Made by a program: the position numbers and the translations under genes. A DNA stretch of 64,000 bases from contig OMSJ01000001.1 of NCBI GenBank assembly GCA_900313705.1, forward strand, positions 15,115 to 79,114, given 5' to 3'. Shown here piece by piece: positions 28,666 through 38,020 of this stretch. The DNA comes from an uncultured Prevotellaceae bacterium. Its GTDB lineage: Bacteria > Bacteroidota > Bacteroidia > Bacteroidales > Bacteroidaceae. The notes beneath the pieces are model-generated. The model saw only the letters and a list, made by a program, of their open reading frames with translations. It made no database searches and had not been told where the DNA came from. Position 1 is the stretch's first letter, and each line of letters begins with the position of its first letter.

Positions 28666-30029
28666 TAGTATGGTATCCTGTCCTTGCCGAGGTATCGGCA
28701 ACCGTCTTTCGTGATGAGGATGTCGTCTTCGATGCGGATGCCGCCGAAGTCTTTGTATGTCTCCAACTTGTCGAAGTTGAGGAACTCCGCGCAATGTCCC
28801 GTCGAGCGCCACTCGTCGATGAGGGCAGGGATGAAGTAGATGCCCGGTTCGTCCGTCATAACAAAGCCTTCCTGCAAGCGGCGACCGCAGCGCAGGCAAT
28901 TGGTGCCGAACTGCTCGAGGTTGGGGCGCACCTCATCGTCGAAGCCGACATAGGTCTGCCCGAGGCCTTCCATGTCGTGAACGTCCATGCCCATCATGTG
29001 GCCGAGGCCGTGAGGCATGAACATGGCATGTGCTCCGGCACGGACGGCTTCCTCTGTGTCGCCCTTCATCAGACCAAGCTCCTTGAGGCGCTCCGTCATC
29101 AGTCGGCAAACGCCGAAGTGCACGTCCCACCACTTCACGCCAGGCGCGGCAAGCGTCAGAGCATAGTCATGGCAGTCCTTGACGATGTCGTAAATCTCCT
29201 TCTGACGTTGTGTAAAGGTGCCGCTTATGGGCGTCGTGCGGGTATTGTCGCTGCAATAGTTCTCGTTGGTCTCAGCTCCGGCATCGCAGAGAAGGAGTCG
29301 TCCTGCTTCAAGAGGGCGAGGGCTGGGATAGCCATGCATGATTTCGCCGTGCATCGTGACGATGCTGGGGAAGCTGACCATGCAGCCATGACTGCTGGCG
29401 ATACCGCTGATGCGACCCGCTATCTCCTGCTCCGTCACACCTTCACGGCACATTTGAATGGCCGTGGTGTGCATCTCGTAGCCAATGGCACAGGCACGCT
29501 CTATCTCGGCAATCTCGCCTGGACTCTTCACGGCACGCTGGTCGATGACGGCCTTGATGAGCTCCACGCTGGCTGCCACTCTTTGCTGAGAGGGATGAAT
29601 GCCCAGCATGTCCATGAGCTGGATCATGTGGTCGTGGCGATAAGGCGGCAGGAAATGGATGCGTTGACCGCTGGCTTTTGCCTTCTTTATGAAGTCCGAA
29701 AGACCTTTCATCGGCAAGGTCCTGGCCACGCCACACTCGGCAGCCATGTCCGCCACGCTGTTGACTGAGCCGAACCAGACGATGTCGTCGATGTCGATAT
29801 CATCGCCGACGAGGTATTCCTGATTGTTATCTACATCAATGATGCCGGCAAGCCCTTCGCGATGCTGTCCGTAGAAATAGAGGAACGAGCTGTCCTGACG
29901 GAAGCGATAGACGTTGCTCGGATAGTTGGCAGGCGAGTCGTTGTTGCCCATTAGCAAGATGATGCCTGAGCCGATGCGCTCTTTGAGCAGCCTGCGCCGC
30001 TCCATATAAGTCTGCTTATCAAATAACAC
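28665..30029 (-). CDS. Xaa-Pro aminopeptidase (M24B family)
   Basis: 454 aa. Metal-ligand motifs HGLGHMMGMDVHD, EPGIYF and IRIEDD. Creatinase/prolidase-type N-terminal domain. Confidence 0.88.
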   Translation of the reverse strand: MLFDKQTYMERRRLLKERIGSGIILLMGNNDSPANYPSNVYRFRQDSSFLYFYGQHREGLAGIIDVDNNQEYLVGDDIDIDDIVWFGSVNSVADMAAECGVARTLPMKGLSDFIKKAKASGQRIHFLPPYRHDHMIQLMDMLGIHPSQQRVAASVELIKAVIDQRAVKSPGEIAEIERACAIGYEMHTTAIQMCREGVTEQEIAGRISGIASSHGCMVSFPSIVTMHGEIMHGYPSPRPLEAGRLLLCDAGAETNENYCSDNTRTTPISGTFTQRQKEIYDIVKDCHDYALTLAAPGVKWWDVHFGVCRLMTERLKELGLMKGDTEEAVRAGAHAMFMPHGLGHMMGMDVHDMEGLGQTYVGFDDEVRPNLEQFGTNCLRCGRRLQEGFVMTDEPGIYFIPALIDEWRSTGHCAEFLNFDKLETYKDFGGIRIEDDILITKDGCRYLGKDRIPY

Positions 30030-30115
30030 CTTATTATATATATAATGATTTGATGATTTACGGTTTCCTGTTTTTCACCGTTTGACGTACACCGATGGGT
30101 TGTTGATGGCAGGAT

Positions 30116-31447
30116 TTAATTTTCGGAGTTGAGGTGTTCTGCAGCGGTGCGGATAAGGTTGATGGTTGTCGTGTCGCAAGCGAAGACGCAGTTGAGACCT
30201 TGTTCCTCTTGTGCAGGGTCACCTACATAGTCGTCCCATCGCTGCCAGCGCCGGTGCTGAGGCTGTGCATAGCCACCCCATGCCCAGAAGCAGCAGCCGG
30301 AGAGCTTCCCGCTGTCGCGTAGCAAATTGAAGACGTGAGCATAGTAGCCGTCGCGACCCAGAGTGGGCGAGCCCGGCTCGATGAGATAGCCGTCACGAGG
30401 ATAGCCAAACTCCTCCAACACCATCGGCTTGTTCAAGTCCTTCACGGCTTCCCAGCAAGCATCGAGGTAGGCATTGGTGTTCTGGCAAGCACTCATAAGG
30501 CTGTCTATCATAGAGGTGGCGCCGTTCTTTGCCAAGCCATTCTCCAGCGGACCACTGGCCGGACCGAGCCAATGCCAGTTGTAGGGCCAGATGTGGATGC
30601 AGATGTAGTCCATCTCAGGGAAGGCATGAACTTGGCGGAAGAGGTCAGGGTCGTATTCGCAACCTTCAAGTCCCTCGCTGCCAGTGGTAACGAGATGGTT
30701 GCTGTCCAGGCTCTTGATGAGTTTGGCCTGTGCCTGTACCCACTCAGCAAAGCAAGCCTTCGTCACAGAGTCCCTTGCAAAAGCGCGAGGCTCATTGGCA
30801 AGTTCCCAGGCCATGATGGCGGGCGACTCGCTGTAAGGCTTGCCTGTGACGGTATTGGTGCGCGACACCATGAAGCGGACATGCTGCTCAGCCATCTCCT
30901 TCGCCTTGTCGTTCTTCACGAACTGGCAATGGTAGTTCTGGGCAATAGTCCAGTCCGACCAGTCGGGTACAGGACCGCATCCTGCCCACTCAAGGTAAGC
31001 GCCGTATCCCCCACTCCATTCCCATGAGTTATTGAGGAAGAGGACAGCCGTCATATCGCGTTTCTCAAGTTCTGCCAAGAGGTAGTCCAGTCCACGGAGG
31101 ATTGTGTCGTTATAGACGCCGGGCTCTGGTTGCAAGACTGGTACGACATGCGAAGCCACCGTATCGGGCCCTTCGCCAGAAGCAAGGACACGAACATTCG
31201 TGATGCCCACTTCCTGCATCAGGTCGAGCTCCTTCTGGAGGCGTTCACGGTCACCGCCCTGACCTTCGCTAGCCAGCACAGCACCGAACCAGAAGTTCGC
31301 ACCGATAAACTTGTACTCTTTGTCGCCACGATAGAACTTGCCATCGTGGGTTGTCACATAACTCGGAGTTGCGGCTGGCTTATCACTCTGGCAAGCAAGG
31401 AAACCTGCCAAGCACGTCGCACACAATAGATACAGAATGCGTCTCAT
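30116..31447 (-). CDS. Glycoside hydrolase family 5 (beta-mannanase-like) lipoprotein
   Basis: 443 aa. Lipobox FLAC, acid/base motif WELANEPR and nucleophile motif LEEFGYP. Confidence 0.8.
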   Translation of the reverse strand: MRRILYLLCATCLAGFLACQSDKPAATPSYVTTHDGKFYRGDKEYKFIGANFWFGAVLASEGQGGDRERLQKELDLMQEVGITNVRVLASGEGPDTVASHVVPVLQPEPGVYNDTILRGLDYLLAELEKRDMTAVLFLNNSWEWSGGYGAYLEWAGCGPVPDWSDWTIAQNYHCQFVKNDKAKEMAEQHVRFMVSRTNTVTGKPYSESPAIMAWELANEPRAFARDSVTKACFAEWVQAQAKLIKSLDSNHLVTTGSEGLEGCEYDPDLFRQVHAFPEMDYICIHIWPYNWHWLGPASGPLENGLAKNGATSMIDSLMSACQNTNAYLDACWEAVKDLNKPMVLEEFGYPRDGYLIEPGSPTLGRDGYYAHVFNLLRDSGKLSGCCFWAWGGYAQPQHRRWQRWDDYVGDPAQEEQGLNCVFACDTTTINLIRTAAEHLNSEN

Positions 31448-31477
31448 AACTATTAACTATGAAGCATGAACTATGGA

Positions 31478-32356
31478 CTAGATGATGATTTTGCTCTTGT
31501 GGTAGTTGTCGCGGAAGGCTGTCGGCGAACAGCCCTTCTTCTTCTTGAAGATGCGGTTGAAGTTGCTGATGTTGTTGAAGCCGCAGCTGTAGCAAATCTC
31601 CGACACGCTGGTGTGTGTATCGACAAGCAGGCGGGATGCATAGCCCAGGCGAATGTCGATGATATAGTCGGACACGGTCTTGCCGGTGCGAGTGCGGAAG
31701 AAGCGGCTGAAAGCTGCTGGGGTCATTCCTGCGATGTCGGCAAGTGTCTTGAGACGAATCTCTTTCTTGAAGTTCTGGTCGATATGCTCTTCAACGGCCC
31801 TGACACGACGGCTCTCGGGCTGGTTCTTGACGTTGGCAAATGATTTGCTTGCCAGCAGATGATAGTTTTCCTGCAAGGAGAGTTCATAGAGAATCTCAAG
31901 CAGGGACAGCATACGATAGAACCCTGGCTGTGCCGAGGTGATGCCCGTTATCTTTCCGTAGAGCCCCATGATTGCCGGCAGCTCAAAGGCGATGCCACGC
32001 TTGGCATTGTCGAAGAGGGTGCGCAGACTGCTCAACTGGTTCTTCTGCAGGAACTGTTCGCCGAGCAGGTCTGGTGGGAACTGGATTGTTATCTCGTGGA
32101 TGGAGTGGCTTGTGCAGTCGTACTGGTCCCATGTGTGTTCCAGTCCGCTGCCTACAAGCACCAGGTCGTACTTGCCCAGCACCTCGATGCTGTCACCGAC
32201 TATGCGACGTGCGCCATCGCAATTCTCCACGAAGTTAAGCTCCATCTCATCGTGCTTGTGCAAGGGATAAGTGAAGGCATCCTTGTCACGGTCCACCATC
32301 AGGAAGCAATCCTTCTCGCCCAATGGGGTGACTTCTGTAATAACTTTATTCGTCAT
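31478..32356 (-). CDS. AraC-family transcriptional regulator (cupin + HTH)
   Basis: 292 aa. N-terminal cupin-like sensor and C-terminal AraC HTH (ICYSCGFNNISNFNRIFKKKKGCSP). Confidence 0.9.
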   Translation of the reverse strand: MTNKVITEVTPLGEKDCFLMVDRDKDAFTYPLHKHDEMELNFVENCDGARRIVGDSIEVLGKYDLVLVGSGLEHTWDQYDCTSHSIHEITIQFPPDLLGEQFLQKNQLSSLRTLFDNAKRGIAFELPAIMGLYGKITGITSAQPGFYRMLSLLEILYELSLQENYHLLASKSFANVKNQPESRRVRAVEEHIDQNFKKEIRLKTLADIAGMTPAAFSRFFRTRTGKTVSDYIIDIRLGYASRLLVDTHTSVSEICYSCGFNNISNFNRIFKKKKGCSPTAFRDNYHKSKIII

Positions 32357-32539
32357 GGTATTAAAATAAGGTTTTTATAATAACTATACATGCTTTTTGT
32401 TCTTTTTTCCTTTTTTCGGGCGTAAAATTACACTTTTTTCTTGAAAGGCACAAGTATTGCCCGAAAAAAATTGACAAGAATGCCGCTTCCTTGTGCTTTT
32501 TACAGCCCTAAGCGTTGCTTCGTGTCCTAAAGAAGGCTG

Positions 32540-33778
32540 TCAGAAGAGCTTCATTACGCCGCTTGCTGGTCTGCCGGCAAGCAGTTCCTGTCGCATGTAG
32601 TCCATATAGGGTGCGACATGGTGGAAGAATATCTGATAACCTGCGCAAAGATAGTTAAGCCCTGGTTCGCCATCGGCTGTCCTGAGGAAGCGCAGACGGG
32701 GACATTCTCCGTGACAGGCCTTGAGCCAAGGACATTCGCGGCACTGACGAGGGAGAGCCTCCTTCTTCAGTCGGCTGAAGCGGTTCTGCTTGGTGCCATA
32801 GAGCATCTGCGGCAGGCCATTCGTGCGTATGTTACCTAATTTATATTGTGGGAAGACGAAGTGGTCGCAGGAATAGACATCGCCGTTGTGCTCCATGACT
32901 GCGGCATGTCCACACTCTTCGGCATAGACGCAGACGCCGGGCTCTGCGCCCATCCAGCCTGCGAGGGTGGCATCAAAGAGCTGCACAAAGACTTCGCCTA
33001 CATCATGGCGCACCCATTCGTCGAAGATGGCACACATAAAATGTCCCCATTCTTCGGGTCGGATACTGAAGGGGGCTATGGGACAATCTTCATCGAAAAG
33101 CTGTGCCAAGTGTCGGCCATCGCTATGCTGCTTGATGCGTTCTACGACGGGACTTATCTGGAGGAACTTACATTGCAGTTCATCGCGAAAGAAGTGGTAA
33201 AAGGCAAGGGGGTCTTGTGCATTATGATGATTGGCTGTCGCCATTGCGTTCCACTCCACGCCATAGTCGTTCAAGAGCTTGATGCCGTCCATCACCTTCT
33301 GCCATGTTCCCCGACCCTGAACATCGAGTCGGTAGGCATCGTGCTGCTCCTGGGTGCCGTCGATGCTGATGCCCACGAGCCATCCTTCGTCGTGGAGGAA
33401 CTGGCACCACTCTGGGGTGAGCAAGGTGCCGTTTGTCTGTATGCTGTTGCTGATGCGCTTGCCTCGTCCATAATAGCGTTGCAGCCGGACTGCCTGTTTG
33501 TAGAAGCTGAGGGGCCTGAGCATGGGCTCGCCTCCGTGCCAGGTGAAGAGTACATCGGGCATCTGCTGCACCTGGATATAGTCGCGGATGTATTGCTCCC
33601 AGACCCTCTCTAACTCCCCCTTAAATGGGGAGGACTCTCTTCCTTTAAGGGAGGGTTGGGGAGGGTCTAAATGCTGCTTCTCCAAATAGTAGCAATACTC
33701 GCATCGCAGATTACACGTTGGTCCTGCAGGCTTGGCCATAACATAAAGCGGGCGGGCGAAAGGATAGGCAGTTTGCAT
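32540..33778 (-). CDS. Anaerobic sulfatase-maturating enzyme (radical SAM, SPASM domain)
   Basis: 412 aa. Radical-SAM motif CNLRCEYCYY and Cys-rich SPASM C-terminus. Carries an in-frame 68-bp palindromic element (PSLKGRESSPFKGELERV). Confidence 0.85.
   Translation of the reverse strand: MQTAYPFARPLYVMAKPAGPTCNLRCEYCYYLEKQHLDPPQPSLKGRESSPFKGELERVWEQYIRDYIQVQQMPDVLFTWHGGEPMLRPLSFYKQAVRLQRYYGRGKRISNSIQTNGTLLTPEWCQFLHDEGWLVGISIDGTQEQHDAYRLDVQGRGTWQKVMDGIKLLNDYGVEWNAMATANHHNAQDPLAFYHFFRDELQCKFLQISPVVERIKQHSDGRHLAQLFDEDCPIAPFSIRPEEWGHFMCAIFDEWVRHDVGEVFVQLFDATLAGWMGAEPGVCVYAEECGHAAVMEHNGDVYSCDHFVFPQYKLGNIRTNGLPQMLYGTKQNRFSRLKKEALPRQCRECPWLKACHGECPRLRFLRTADGEPGLNYLCAGYQIFFHHVAPYMDYMRQELLAGRPASGVMKLF
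33601..33668. repeat. AGACCC...GGGTCT element, copy 2 (68 bp)
   Basis: AGACCCTCTCTAACTCCCCCTTAAATGGGGAGGACT...CCTTTAAGGGAGGGTTGGGGAGGGTCT, inside the sulfatase-maturase ORF. Confidence 0.85.
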
Positions 33779-33790
33779 GTTATTAATGTA

Positions 33791-33950
33791 TTAAGGATTA
33801 AGGATTAAAGATTAAGGATTAAGGTTTTGTTGATTTGGGAAGTAGGACAGCATTGCATCGGGCTTATTTCTTAATATATTACTTGGTATTTAGGAACCAA
33901 AGCAAACAGCTTTAATCATTAATCTTTAATCCTTAATCCTTAATCTCTAA
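33791..33950. repeat. Hairpin element with TTAAGGA heptamer arms
   Basis: Left arm 33791-33824 (TTAAGGATTAAGGATTAAAGATTAAGGATTAAGG). The complementary right arm at 33910-33950 overlaps the lolE-like stop codon. Confidence 0.85.
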
Positions 33951-35176
33951 TTCAATATCTTGCCTGCAAGATACTTCACCGGATACCATATTGCGAGCCA
34001 GCCGACGGCGAGGACGGTGACGAGGACAAGGAGGATGTCGGTGAGATAGACGCTGACGGGATAGGTCTCGATGATGAAGCTGCCTTCGCTGTCGCCCATC
34101 GTTACGATGCCATACTCTTGCTGAATCCAGCAGAGGACAGTGCCGAGCACCAGTCCGAGCAAGGCTCCGGCAAGGCTGATGATGTGGCCTTCCAAACGGA
34201 AGATGGTACAGATCTGCGAGTCGTTGGCACCAAGGCTGCGGAGTGTCTGGATGTCCTGTCGCTTGTCTATCATCAGCATCGAGAGGGAGCCGATGATGTT
34301 GAAGCAGGCAACGAGCAGGATGAAGGAGAGGAAGAAGTAGGAGATGAGCTTCTCGATGCGCATCACGCGGAAGACATCGTTCTGCTGTTCATAGCGATCC
34401 TCCACCTTGAAGCGCTCGCCGAGCTGTGCCTTTAGCTGTGCCTTCACCTTGTCTGCCTTGAGGCCGTCCTTGAGCTTCAGCTCGACGGACGACACTCTGC
34501 CCTGTCGGTCGAAGAGGCGCTGGGCAAAGCCGAGACTGGTGAGGATGTAGTTGGCATCGTACTTGGCCTGTCTGACCATGAAGACGACGCCCGGGCTTTG
34601 CAGCTCGTCGTGATTGAAGGAGGACAGTGGATTGCCGATGTTGACGCGCTCACCTGGCTTGGGAGCATAGATCTGTAGAGGGTCTTCGAAAAAGGCAGAG
34701 AGGCCCAGTTGCTGAGCCAGTTGTATGCCGAGGACGCCGTACTCCAGGATGTCGGCATGTAGGCAGAAGGAGCCGTCGCCATAGAGGATTTCCTCGATGC
34801 GTGTCTGTTTCGTGAAGTTGTCGGCAACGCCTTTGATGGTCACGACCTGCTGCCGTCCGTTCTGCACCACGAGTGCCTGTCCTTCGAGGACTGGCGTATA
34901 GACTTCCACGGCATCGCTCTTCTTGAGCTCCAGCAGGGCGGCGTCCTTGATGCTGACGGTCTGCCCGTCTGCCGGTGTGACGCGCAGTTCGGCATCGAAT
35001 GCCGTGAAGAGGTCGGCCACGAGGTCCTGGAAGCCGTTGAAGACGCTCAGCGTGACCACCATTGCCATCGTTGCCACAGCCACTCCGAGCACAGAGATGC
35101 CGCTGATGATGTTGATGGCATGGTGGCTCTTCTTGGCGAAGAGGTAGCGGCGAGCTATGAACAATTCATAATTCAT
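33947..35176 (-). CDS. FtsX/LolE-like ABC transporter permease
   Basis: 409 aa. N-terminus MNYELFIARRYLFAKK...INIISGISVLGVAV and a C-terminal FtsX 3-TM block. Confidence 0.85.
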   Translation of the reverse strand: MNYELFIARRYLFAKKSHHAINIISGISVLGVAVATMAMVVTLSVFNGFQDLVADLFTAFDAELRVTPADGQTVSIKDAALLELKKSDAVEVYTPVLEGQALVVQNGRQQVVTIKGVADNFTKQTRIEEILYGDGSFCLHADILEYGVLGIQLAQQLGLSAFFEDPLQIYAPKPGERVNIGNPLSSFNHDELQSPGVVFMVRQAKYDANYILTSLGFAQRLFDRQGRVSSVELKLKDGLKADKVKAQLKAQLGERFKVEDRYEQQNDVFRVMRIEKLISYFFLSFILLVACFNIIGSLSMLMIDKRQDIQTLRSLGANDSQICTIFRLEGHIISLAGALLGLVLGTVLCWIQQEYGIVTMGDSEGSFIIETYPVSVYLTDILLVLVTVLAVGWLAIWYPVKYLAGKILN

Positions 35177-35273
35177 GGTTGAAAATCAGAAATGTAGAAA
35201 TGTAGATAATAAGATAGGGGATATTCACATTTTCTTATTTTCACATTTTCTTATTTTCACATTTTCTTATTTT
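35177..35273. repeat. Imperfect hairpin; right arm is a 16-mer (CACATTTTCTTATTTT) x3
   Basis: Perfect 16-mers at 35226, 35242 and 35258. The left part GAAAATCAGAAATGTAGAAATGTAGATAATAAG is partially complementary. Confidence 0.85.
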
Positions 35274-35602
35274 CCTAAGAGCTCGTCGATGTGTTCGACG
35301 TAATCTAATGAGTCATCCACAAAGAACTTGAGCTCTGGGATGATGCGGAGCTGTTTACCTACGCGGGTGCCGAGCTCATAGCGCACCTGTCGCTGGTTCG
35401 TACTGATGTTCTTCACTATCTCCTCTGCCTTCTCGCTTGGGAAGACGCTGAGATAGACGCGGCAGACGCTCAGGTCGGGACTGATGCGGCAAGCGCTGAC
35501 GCTCACCAGCACGCCTCTCATCGCGCTTGTCTGCTTCTGGAAGATGTCGCTCAGCTCCTTCTGTATGAGGCGAGCTATCTTGTTTTGTCGGGTTGTTTCC
35601 AT
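35267..35602 (-). CDS. rbfA: Ribosome-binding factor A
   Basis: 111 aa. RQNKIARLIQKELSDIF and VSVSACRISPDLSVCRVYLSVF are typical of RbfA. The stop codon lies in the last 16-mer repeat unit. Confidence 0.9.
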   Translation of the reverse strand: METTRQNKIARLIQKELSDIFQKQTSAMRGVLVSVSACRISPDLSVCRVYLSVFPSEKAEEIVKNISTNQRQVRYELGTRVGKQLRIIPELKFFVDDSLDYVEHIDELLGK

Positions 35603-35625
35603 AACTTTTTTATTTAAGAAGATAG

Positions 35626-35760
35626 AAGAAGATAAATGGAGATAGAAGAAGATAGAAGACGTTAGTTTTTGCAGCCGATAAAGGTATCGTCCTCTATCTT
35701 CGCCGCTGGAAGCGGCATATCTTCCTCTAACTTCCTCTATCTACTTCATCTTTAATCTTC
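35626..35760. repeat. Imperfect hairpin with GATAGAAGAA-type arms
   Basis: AAGAAGATAGAAGAAGATAAATGGAGATAGAAGAAGATAGAAG on the left, CTTCCTCTAACTTCCTCTATCTACTTCATC on the right, with an inner GCCGCT-GGA-AGCGGC hairpin. Confidence 0.75.
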
Positions 35761-37188
35761 CTCGCTGAACATCGGATCCCACGCTGGCAGGCGGATGGGC
35801 TTCTGCTTGAGCAGGTCGAGGACAGAGGCGGGACAGTACCTGCGGTTGGCGACGATGCGGAACATGTACTCGCGGAACCATTCGTCGGTCATGATGATGT
35901 AGCCGTTTGCGCCGCTGGCCGAGCCCCAACTGTTCTCCACCTTCCACTTCGTTGGCTTGCCCTCGCCGTCGAGGTCCACGGCCATGAGGGTCATGGCGTG
36001 CGTGCTGCCGCTGTCGAAGGTCTGGATGCGCTGTTTCTTGTTCATGCCGAAGGTGGTGCCCAGCAGACTGTCGTAGTCGAAGTTCTTGAGGTCGGCGATG
36101 CCCGTGTTGCGGTCGAGGCACTTGCCCACGTCGCAACTGAAGTATATCTGGCTACTGTCCTTGAGCGAAGCGATGGCGATGCTCTCCAGCTCCTCGATGG
36201 GCAGGTTGACGTAGAGCCAGTTGTGCCCGTCATAGACGTGGCGGTCGTAGTCTATCTCATAGACCTTGCCAAAGGGTCGGCTGGGGTCGTTCATCAGCAT
36301 GACGTAGTCCTTGTTGAGGTCCTCGCCCTCGCTGATGCAATAGGTCTTGAAGAAATCGAGGGGAGAAAAGACCCTCTCTAACTCCCCCTTAAAGGGGGAG
36401 GACTGGGGTAGGTCTTTCCAAGTGAATGTTTTTGGCGGTACGCCATAGGCCATGACGAGCATCTTATAGACGGTCTGGAGCTGCTCCACCTTCAGGGCTT
36501 CGAGCTGCTTCTCGCTCATGCCTGCCTCGCTCTTCTCGCGGAGGGTGATGCCGAACTCGCGGAGCTTGCGTTTCAGGTGACCGCAGAACTCGCTGGTACT
36601 GTTGCTGACGTAGGTCTCGGGCATGATGTCGGCAGGCACGACGCCGTATTTCGTGGCGAGGTCGGCCACGCCTGTGTAGGTGCCGCCGTCGGAGAGTGGG
36701 TGCTGGAAGAGCCAGCGCACCATCTCGCTGTCGATGGCTTCCTTGCGGGTGTCGATGATGCCTTGCAGGAAGAGGTTGCTCTTCTCCAGTTGGTCGTAGA
36801 AGAAGAGGTAGCCCTGGCTGAGCACGAAGTTCTTTGTGCCGAGCTTCTTCATGGCGCGTCCTCTCAGGATATTCAGCCCTGTGAAGAGCCAGCACCGCCC
36901 GCTACTCTTCTGGTCAGTGATTCCAGTATTCTTCACCTCGATGCTGAAGTCCAGATTCTTCGCTCCGGCGTTCTCCTGATTGATGGCCATCTTCTGCAGG
37001 CCGACATTGCTGATGGCGTTGCGGAGGGCCTTCTCGGCGGGTGTAGCGGTGTAGCTGCCTTCGAGCTTCTTCAGCACATCGGGCGTGATGTTCGTCTGGG
37101 CGCAGGCAGTAGAAAGTTGGACATCGAACATTGAACATTGAACTCCTGCTACAGCAAGGAGCAGGGCGCATAGAGTCGTTCTTTTCAT
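35752..37188 (-). CDS. pepC: Aminopeptidase C (bleomycin-hydrolase type C1B peptidase)
   Basis: 478 aa. Catalytic Cys motif QKSSGRCWLFTGLN and C-terminal ENSWG. Carries an in-frame palindromic element (SSPFKGELERV) and a TGTTCAA array in the signal-peptide region. Confidence 0.9.
   Translation of the reverse strand: MKRTTLCALLLAVAGVQCSMFDVQLSTACAQTNITPDVLKKLEGSYTATPAEKALRNAISNVGLQKMAINQENAGAKNLDFSIEVKNTGITDQKSSGRCWLFTGLNILRGRAMKKLGTKNFVLSQGYLFFYDQLEKSNLFLQGIIDTRKEAIDSEMVRWLFQHPLSDGGTYTGVADLATKYGVVPADIMPETYVSNSTSEFCGHLKRKLREFGITLREKSEAGMSEKQLEALKVEQLQTVYKMLVMAYGVPPKTFTWKDLPQSSPFKGELERVFSPLDFFKTYCISEGEDLNKDYVMLMNDPSRPFGKVYEIDYDRHVYDGHNWLYVNLPIEELESIAIASLKDSSQIYFSCDVGKCLDRNTGIADLKNFDYDSLLGTTFGMNKKQRIQTFDSGSTHAMTLMAVDLDGEGKPTKWKVENSWGSASGANGYIIMTDEWFREYMFRIVANRRYCPASVLDLLKQKPIRLPAWDPMFSEED
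36369..36415. repeat. AGACCC...GGTCT element, copy 3 (about 47 bp, single hairpin)
   Basis: AGACCCTCTCTAACTCCCCCTTAAAGGGGGAGGACTGGGGTAGGTCT, inside pepC. The first 36 nt are nearly identical to copy 2. Confidence 0.85.
37124..37144 (-). repeat. (TGTTCAA)x3 heptamer array in pepC signal-peptide region
   Basis: The minus strand reads GTTCAATGTTCAATGTTCGA, encoding QCSMFDV. Confidence 0.8.
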
Positions 37189-37222
37189 ATCATTATATGG
37201 TTTTATTTGTCGTATTTGCCTG

Positions 37223-37230
37223 CAAATGTA
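37223..37230 (-). promoter_or_regulatory. -7 box TACATTTG for pepC
   Basis: Reverse complement of CAAATGTA, 35 nt upstream of the ATG at 37188. Confidence 0.6.
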
Positions 37231-37309
37231 CGAAAAAGAATTAAGAGTTAAGAATTATGGGTGAATAAAAATAGATTATAATGAGGAAAACAACTCTTTT
37301 ACTGAAGTT

Positions 37310-37881
37310 CCCAAGGGTTTGTTTATCTCTAAGGAGTTGAGGAGTTATAGGAGATTTTCCCTGAGGCGCTGACGCAGTCCTCCTTTGACTCCTTGACTCC
37401 TTAGAATTATTATTGCCTAAGGAGTGAAGGAGGAAGGGAGTACCACAGCGTCTCATGGTACTGCCTTCCAGGCAGCAGGGAGAAAGTTACACGCTGACTC
37501 CGAGGGCTTCGCCCCCGGTTACTAAAAGTAAAGCCCTACAGGCTTTTTTGCCCATCATGGCATTTCCAAGCCCCAAGCAATCTCATCTTGCTCTAAATGC
37601 TGATATTATCGAGGGTGCAGACTATGATGAAAACTTTTAGCGGACAGCAATAAAACTATTTCTCCTTTGACTCCTTGACTCCTTAGAATTGATTATTGCC
37701 TAAGGAGTGAAGGAGGAAGGGAGTTGTTTCGCCAGCGAAACGTTTTCTCCTTTGACTCCTTCGCCAATGGGGTGTTTCTCTCTAAGGAGTTGAGGAGTTA
37801 TAGGAGATTTTCCCTAAAGCGCTGACGCAGTCCTCCTTTGACTCCTTGACTCCTTAGAATTGATTATTGCCCAAGGAGTGA
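37310..37881. repeat. Nest of AAGGAGT/GACTCCT octamer-arm hairpin modules (A-B-C modules)
   Basis: A1 37329-37353, B1 37378-37404, C1 37417-37440; B2 37661-37686, C2 37700-37723; A3 37782-37806, B3 37831-37857, C3 partial 37870-37881. A and C are both complementary to B. Confidence 0.8.
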
Positions 37882-37885
37882 AAAA

Positions 37886-37968
37886 AAGTACGTGTACTTG
37901 TCGCCATAAGTACGTGTACTTATCCGACTAACTACGTGTACTTATTGCCATAAGTACGCGTACTTATC
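37886..37968 (+). repeat. 22-bp tandem repeat x4, locus B (about 90 percent identical to locus A by eye)
   Basis: Unit starts at 37888, 37910, 37932 and 37954. Same orientation and register as locus A. Confidence 0.9.
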
Positions 37969-37980
37969 ACATATAATAAT

Positions 37981-38015
37981 AGAGGGTATGTCCGTTCATG
38001 TTGGACATACCCTCT
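37981..38015 (-). terminator. Hairpin after the 58-aa ORF (13-bp perfect stem)
   Basis: AGAGGGTATGTCC / GGACATACCCTCT with a 9-nt loop. An A/T-rich tail (ATTATTATAT) follows on the minus strand. Confidence 0.55.
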
Positions 38016-38020
38016 ATTCC

